Positions 61,042-64,000 of a stretch of DNA of 64,000 bases are shown piece by piece. Source of the DNA: the human T2T-CHM13v2.0 reference genome, Homo sapiens; assembly GCF_009914755.1 (NCBI RefSeq), contig NC_060944.1. One strand, given 5' to 3'. How positions within the stretch are numbered: position 1 is the stretch's first letter; each line of letters starts with the position of its first letter. The notes below the pieces were generated by a model, which saw only the letters and a program-made list of their open reading frames with translations, did no database searches and had not been told where the DNA came from. A program made the position numbers and the translations under genes.

Positions 61042-61221
61042 CCTGATCAGCATCTTTGCATCTAGTGTCTCCTGTAAAACTTTCAAGCATTATGTAGGTA
61101 TTGCAAGCATATTGGAGGCTATTTGGGATCTAGAAAATTTTTAAAAATACCCCTAGTCCAAATACCCACATGTAACCACTGTTAGCATTTTGGTGTATGT
61201 ATTTTCTTCCAGTTTCATATG

Positions 61222-62405
61222 TATGGTTTATTATCTGTTGCTGTGTGATAATACCACAGTCTTAGTGGCTTAAACCAATGCACGTTTATCACCTCACAGT
61301 TCTGGTGGGGCAGGAGTCTGGGCATGGCTTAGCTGGCTTCTCTGTTCAGGCTCTCACAAGGCTGCAATCAAGTTGTTGGCTGGGACCGGTGTGGTGGCTC
61401 ACACCTCTAATCCCAACAGTTTGAGAGGCCAAGGCGGGCAGATCACTTAAGGTCAGGAGTTCAAGAGCAGCCTGGCCAACATGGTGAAACCCCGTCTCTA
61501 CTAAAAATACAAAAATTAGCTGGGCGTGGTGGCACGGGCCTCTAATTCCAGCTACTTGGGAGGCTGAGGCAAGAGAATCGCTTGAATCTGGGAAGCAGAG
61601 GTTGCAGTGAGCCAAGGTCATGCCACTTTACTCCAGCCTAGACCACAGAGTGAGACTCCATCTCAAAAAAAAAAAAGTCGTCAGCTGGGGCTGTGGAATC
61701 ATCTTGGGGTTGACTGGGGAAGAACCCACTTCCAAGCTCACTCAGGTTGTTGGCAGAATTCAGTTCCTTGCCCCTGTGTGACTGAGGGCTTCTGTTTCTT
61801 CCTGACTGTTGGTGGGAGGCTACCTACAGTTCCTGGCCACGCAGGATTCACCAACAGAGCTGTTTGCAAGGCTCAAGCCAACAACAGGGAGAAAAACTCC
61901 AGCAAGATGGGTGTTGCAATTTTTTTTTTTTTTTGAGACGGAGTTTCACTCTTGTTGCCCAGGCTGGAGTGCAATGGCACGATCTTGGCTCACTGCAACC
62001 TCCGCCTCTGGTTCAAGCGATTCTCCTGTCTCAGCCTCCCAAGTAGCTGGGATTACTGGTATGTGCCACCACGCCTGGCTGTATTTTGTATTTTTAGTAG
62101 AGACGGGGTTTCTCCATGTTGGGCAGGCTGGTCTCGAGCTCCCGACCTCAGGTGATCCGCCTGCCTTAGCCTCCCAAAGTGCTGGGATTACAGGCGTGAG
62201 CTGCTGTGCCTGGCCAGGTGTTGCAATCTTATATAACAAATCATGTAATCATGTGCACATAGTCCTGCACACCCTGTCACCTGTGCCATATTCTGTTGGT
62301 TAGAAGCAAGTCACAGGTCCCACCACACTCCAGGGGAGGGGATCGAAGGAGGGACTGAGCACCAGGAGGCACACAGTATGGGGGCTGCTTAAGTCTCTCT
62401 ACTGC
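61222..62405 (-). mobile_element. MLT1 (ERVL-MaLR) solo LTR split by two Alus (61385+, 61920-)
   Basis: cttagtggcttaaa..tcacagttctgg; gttgttggcagaattcagttcctt; attctgttggttagaagcaagtcac. Confidence 0.8.
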
Positions 62406-63179
62406 AGATGACTGTGTATGTTTTCATATGTCTTTAATCATACTATATATGTAATTTCAGACTACTTTTCACTTAATGCTAATATCCTAAGGAATTTTCC
62501 ATATTGCTACATAATCTTCCAAGTCATCATTACTAACAGAGGCAGTTGTTTCACTGGCTAAGCTATTCCTCTGTTTTCAGACGTTTAGGTTTTATTGAGT
62601 TGAATGTTGTAAAGATATCCTTTGTGCCTCAAGCCTTTTCTCTGTTTAGAGCTTGATTTTTCCCCCTGAGATAATACTCCTGTAAGTCAAATAATAGGAA
62701 TACTTAAAGGCATCTTTCTTTATATCCACTAGACCATGCTAGGGTCCTATTTACCTGCCCTGTGAATTTCTTTTGAGATTTACAACCACACTGTGATGTG
62801 GGCAGGAAAGGATAAGAAATCTCCAGTTTACGAACGAGTAAAGTGAGACCTAGGAGGGACAATTTGTGTCTGGTCTGAAGATAGGGTGATTCCTGGGTGG
62901 TGGTCTTCAATGTCATTGTTTGCAGCCAGGAAGTGCCACCACTGTGTCTGGGAGGACTCCATTGGTACTGACCTTGGCCATCGTTTTTATTGTGTTTGTG
63001 TATGTTTTGAATAGGTAATATACCCACACAGTTCAATATATCCAAACGGTTCAAAATCCAAAAGGTACTTTTTTCATGATACTTTTTTGATATACAGAGA
63101 AAATGTTTTTCTCCCCCACCACCCATGTGCCCAGGTATGTCCCTTTAAGTTATTACTGTTTTCTGTTTCCTGTGATCTT

Positions 63180-64000
<821 letters not shown>

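Overview
This window is primate (human-like) genomic DNA, not prokaryotic. From recalled protein sequences it is the DNMT3B-MAPRE1-EFCAB8 locus, with all three genes on the + strand. It contains (1) the last coding exon and 3'UTR of DNMT3B (489-~2085); (2) the whole MAPRE1/EB1 gene: CpG-island promoter, non-coding exon 1, six coding exons splicing to 807 nt / 268 aa ending in EEY, and a poly(A) signal at 43062; (3) the first exons of EFCAB8 (~51600 onward). The rest is very dense in Alu, with MIR, L2, L1, MER, MLT and MADE1 fragments. Almost all ORFs in the supplied track are Alu or simple-repeat artefacts. I see no convincing undescribed gene system. The best leads are a NAGNAG acceptor sitting on the MAPRE1 start codon, stop-free circular frames for MAPRE1 exons, a 45-codon ORF one TGA away from the EFCAB8 frame, a distal poly(A) site with a candidate EEY-less last exon, a MADE1 hairpin next to its own empty site, a perfect AT-rich palindrome, and tailless Alu insertions. 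Exon boundaries were checked by reading frame. Repeat boundaries and subfamily calls are by eye and approximate.
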